Below, in pieces: positions 61,144-64,000 of a stretch of 64,000 nucleotides of DNA. The DNA comes from an uncultured Verrucomicrobiae bacterium (GTDB lineage Bacteria > Verrucomicrobiota > Verrucomicrobiia > Limisphaerales > UBA11358), in the NCBI GenBank assembly GCA_963769285.1, contig CAVYLE010000005.1:115235-179234 (forward strand), given 5' to 3'. Under the pieces are notes generated by a model, which worked only from the letters and a program-made list of their open reading frames with translations, was not told where the DNA came from and searched no databases. The translations under genes were made by a program, and so were the position numbers. The first letter of the stretch is position 1, and the number at the start of each line of letters is the position of its first letter.

Positions 61144-61716
61144 ATGTCGTACGAAATCACAAGCGAGATCACCCAAGTGCTGCAAGCCATCCGGAGTGGC
61201 GACGGCCGGGCTTCGGAAGAGTTGTTGCCGCTGGTTTACAACGAACTGCGCCGGCTGGCGGCGGCGCGAATGGCCGAGGAAGCGGCGGGCCAGACTTTGC
61301 AGGCCACGGCTTTGGTGCATGAAGCATGGCTCCGCCTGGTCGGGGATGGCGATCGGACGTGGCAGAACCGCGCTCACTTTTTCGGCGCGGCCGCCGAAGC
61401 CATGCGGCGCATATTGGTCGAAAACGCGCGGCGCAAGTCCAGGCTCAAGCGCGGCGGCGGCCAGATCCGGCTGGATATTGACGAATTGGACCTCGCGACC
61501 ACCACTCCGGATGAAAAGGTGCTTTTGATGGATGAAGCGCTGGAACAATTGCAGGCGGAAGACGCGGAAAAGGCGCGCATTGTCGTGTTGAAATTTTTCG
61601 GCGGATTGACCAATCAGGAAGTGGCGGAAAACCTGGGCGTGGCTGAACGCACGGTCGAACGCCAGTGGGCTTACGCGAAAGCCTGGCTGTTTCAACGCAT
61701 TCGGACGCAATTTTGA
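61144..61716 (+). CDS. ECF sigma factor (kinase-associated, Planctomycete/Verrucomicrobia type)
   Basis: LLPLVYNELRRLA, TLQATALVHEAWLRL, AMRRILVE, TVERQWAYAKAWL. Confidence 0.92.
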   Translation: MSYEITSEITQVLQAIRSGDGRASEELLPLVYNELRRLAAARMAEEAAGQTLQATALVHEAWLRLVGDGDRTWQNRAHFFGAAAEAMRRILVENARRKSRLKRGGGQIRLDIDELDLATTTPDEKVLLMDEALEQLQAEDAEKARIVVLKFFGGLTNQEVAENLGVAERTVERQWAYAKAWLFQRIRTQF

Positions 61717-61785
61717 AATCCGGGGTGACGCCGAAACCGGGCTAAACAAGATGATGAGGAACCAAAGGCTGTTGTCTCCTGCTGC

Positions 61786-64000
61786 ATGACGAAAACCAAG
61801 CCACAAGAAGAGGCATTGTTCGACGCGGCGCGGAACCTGGCCAGCCCGGCGGCCCGGCGGGCGTTTCTTGACCAGGCTTGCACGGACGATCCGGGCCTGC
61901 GGGCGAAGGTGGAGGCTTTGCTGGCGGCGGAAGCCGAGGCGGAAAAGTTTTTCAACGATGCCGCACTGTCCGTGGTCCTCACGGCCGCGGGTTCACAGGA
62001 AGCAGCGGTCAAAACCGGGCCGCCCGGCGCCAAGGCGGAGGATGGTATAACCGAAGTTTCCGGCACGCGCATCGGCCGTTACAAACTGCTTCAACGCATT
62101 GGCGAAGGCGGCGGTGGCGTGGTCTATATGGCGGAGCAGGAAGAACCGGTCCGCCGCCGCGTGGCGCTCAAGATCATCAAACTGGGCATGGACACCCGGA
62201 GTGTCATTGCCCGTTTCGAGGCCGAGCGGCAGGCGCTGGCCATGATGGATCATCCCAACATCGCCCGGGTGCTGGATGCGGGCGCCACCGACACGGGGCG
62301 GCCCTATTTCGTCATGGAACTGGTCCGGGGCGTCAAAATCACCGATTACTGCGACAAGAACCAGCTCGACACCCGCCGGCGTCTGGATTTGTTCATTCAA
62401 ATCTGCCAAGCCATCCAGCACGCCCACCAAAAAGGAATCATTCATCGCGACATCAAGCCGTCGAACATCCTGGTCACATTGCACGACGGTGTGCCGGTGC
62501 CCAAGGTGATTGACTTCGGTATTGCAAAGGCCACCGAGGTGCGGCTCACGGACAAAACGTTATTCACGGCCTACGAGCAGATCATCGGCACGCCCGCCTA
62601 TATGAGTCCGGAGCAGGCGGAGATGAGCGGTCTGGACATTGACACGCGCAGCGACATCTACAGTTTGGGCGTGTTGCTGTACGAGCTGCTCACCGGCCGG
62701 ACGCCGTTTGATCCCAAGAAACTTCTGCAGCACGGTCTGGATGAGATGCGACGCACGTTGCGGGAACAGGAGCCACAGCGACCCTCGACGATGGTCACCA
62801 CCCTTCAAGGAACGGAACTGACGGCAACGGCCGAACACCGGCAGGCGGAACCTCCCAAATTGATTTCCCTGCTGCGGGGAGACCTGGATTGGATCGTAAT
62901 GAAGGCGTTGGAAAAAGACCGGAGGCGCCGTTACGAAACGGCGAACGCTCTGGCGATGGACATCAATCATTACCTCAACAATGAACCGGTGATGGCCCGT
63001 CCTCCCAGCCGGCTTTATCGGTTTCAGAAGCTCGTGCGGCGGAACCAGGTTGTTTTTGCCGCGACCGGGGCCGTGGTGGTTGCGCTGATCATCGGGCTTG
63101 GCACTTCCACGTGGTTGTTCTTCAAGGAAAAAGCCGCCCGGCAGCGGGCGGTCGCTGCTGAACAGCAACAGGCACGTTTGCGTCAGGAGGCCGAACAAGC
63201 CGAGGGGCGGGAGGCTGAATTGCGCCGCCAAGCGGAAACCCGGGAAAAGATCACTCAAGCCACCGTATTGGTGGGCCAAAATAAATTTGATGAAGCTGAC
63301 GCGTTGATCAGCGGGGTTTCACTCACCCGGCCAACCGTGGAGGGTGCCGCCGTGGTCCGCTCGCTCGGCGAGTGGCACGCCCTTCAAAACCAGTGGCAGC
63401 CGGCGGCCGATCGTTTCACCTTGCTCCTGCAAATCGATCAACTCGACGGATGGGATATTTCCACCCTGGATTATTTGGAATGCGGTCCCGTTCTGATCGA
63501 ACTGGGCGACACCAACGGCTACGAGCGTTTCCGTGAGACAGCAGTCGCCCGCGTTGCCGATGCCGCTTATCCCTTTGCCGACCGCATCATCAAAATCAGC
63601 CTGCTTCGGCCGGCAGACGAAAAAATTCTAAAGGCGTTGGAGCCCCTGGCGGAGGCGGCGGCGAAATTGTTCGGCACCAACGTAAATGCCGATGGCGATG
63701 TTTTTCTCGCCGCCTGGCGGTCGGTTTCCCTGGCCTTGATGGAATATCGGCAGGGGGATTATACCGGGGCCGCAGCCTGGTGCCGGCGATGTTTGGACTA
63801 TCCTGAGTACAATGCACCACGGGCCGCAACCGCCCGGGTCATTCTGGCCATGTCCTGCCAGCATCTTGGTCAGACCGGGGAAGCCCGGTCCGAACTGACC
63901 CGGGCCCGCAGCATGATTGAAGACAAATTCAAGAATGGTCTGGACCGTGGCACCGGCGTCCAAGGGTTCTGGTTTGATTGGCTTTTTGCCCGGGTTCTTC
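61786..64000 (+). CDS. Ser/Thr protein kinase with TM helix and helical-repeat C-terminus (3' truncated by window edge)
   Basis: [48 protein letters not shown]; no stop before the window end. Confidence 0.92.
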   Translation, partial: MTKTKPQEEALFDAARNLASPAARRAFLDQACTDDPGLRAKVEALLAAEAEAEKFFNDAALSVVLTAAGSQEAAVKTGPPGAKAEDGITEVSGTRIGRYKLLQRIGEGGGGVVYMAEQEEPVRRRVALKIIKLGMDTRSVIARFEAERQALAMMDHPNIARVLDAGATDTGRPYFVMELVRGVKITDYCDKNQLDTRRRLDLFIQICQAIQHAHQKGIIHRDIKPSNILVTLHDGVPVPKVIDFGIAKATEVRLTDKTLFTAYEQIIGTPAYMSPEQAEMSGLDIDTRSDIYSLGVLLYELLTGRTPFDPKKLLQHGLDEMRRTLREQEPQRPSTMVTTLQGTELTATAEHRQAEPPKLISLLRGDLDWIVMKALEKDRRRRYETANALAMDINHYLNNEPVMARPPSRLYRFQKLVRRNQVVFAATGAVVVALIIGLGTSTWLFFKEKAARQRAVAAEQQQARLRQEAEQAEGREAELRRQAETREKITQATVLVGQNKFDEADALISGVSLTRPTVEGAAVVRSLGEWHALQNQWQPAADRFTLLLQIDQLDGWDISTLDYLECGPVLIELGDTNGYERFRETAVARVADAAYPFADRIIKISLLRPADEKILKALEPLAEAAAKLFGTNVNADGDVFLAAWRSVSLALMEYRQGDYTGAAAWCRRCLDYPEYNAPRAATARVILAMSCQHLGQTGEARSELTRARSMIEDKFKNGLDRGTGVQGFWFDWLFARVL

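Overview
GC-rich bacterial chromosome segment. Gene style (NxT-rich secreted CAZymes with autotransporter-associated beta-strand repeats, ECF sigma plus Ser/Thr kinase pair) suggests Verrucomicrobiota, Pedosphaera-like; this is inference. 1-33.9 kb: a GldG/DUF4340/AsmA-like trio, then a plant-polysaccharide utilisation region (GH2, GH3, GH95, frameshifted GH31, xylulokinase, two PL11, PL4, GH65-like). This region also holds REP/MITE-like repeats, three in-frame ~30-bp insertions inside genes and an orphan integron-cassette-like gene. 34.5-51.65 kb: a 17.1-kb island with no recognisable integrase, inserted in tRNA-Leu(CAA). It duplicates the 5' half of the tRNA and carries ion-transport and glycogen genes collapsed by several deletion-fusions. 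51.7-60.8 kb: a compact 9.1-kb TG...CA-bounded Mu-like element with MuA-like transposase, MuB-like ATPase and a repressor/Ner-like switch. Its only virion-related genes are a short tape-measure protein and a stand-alone Mu I-type head protease. It is the best candidate here for an undescribed system (a transposable phage satellite). The window ends in an ECF sigma factor and a truncated Ser/Thr kinase. All calls come from reading motifs by eye; no database searches were run.
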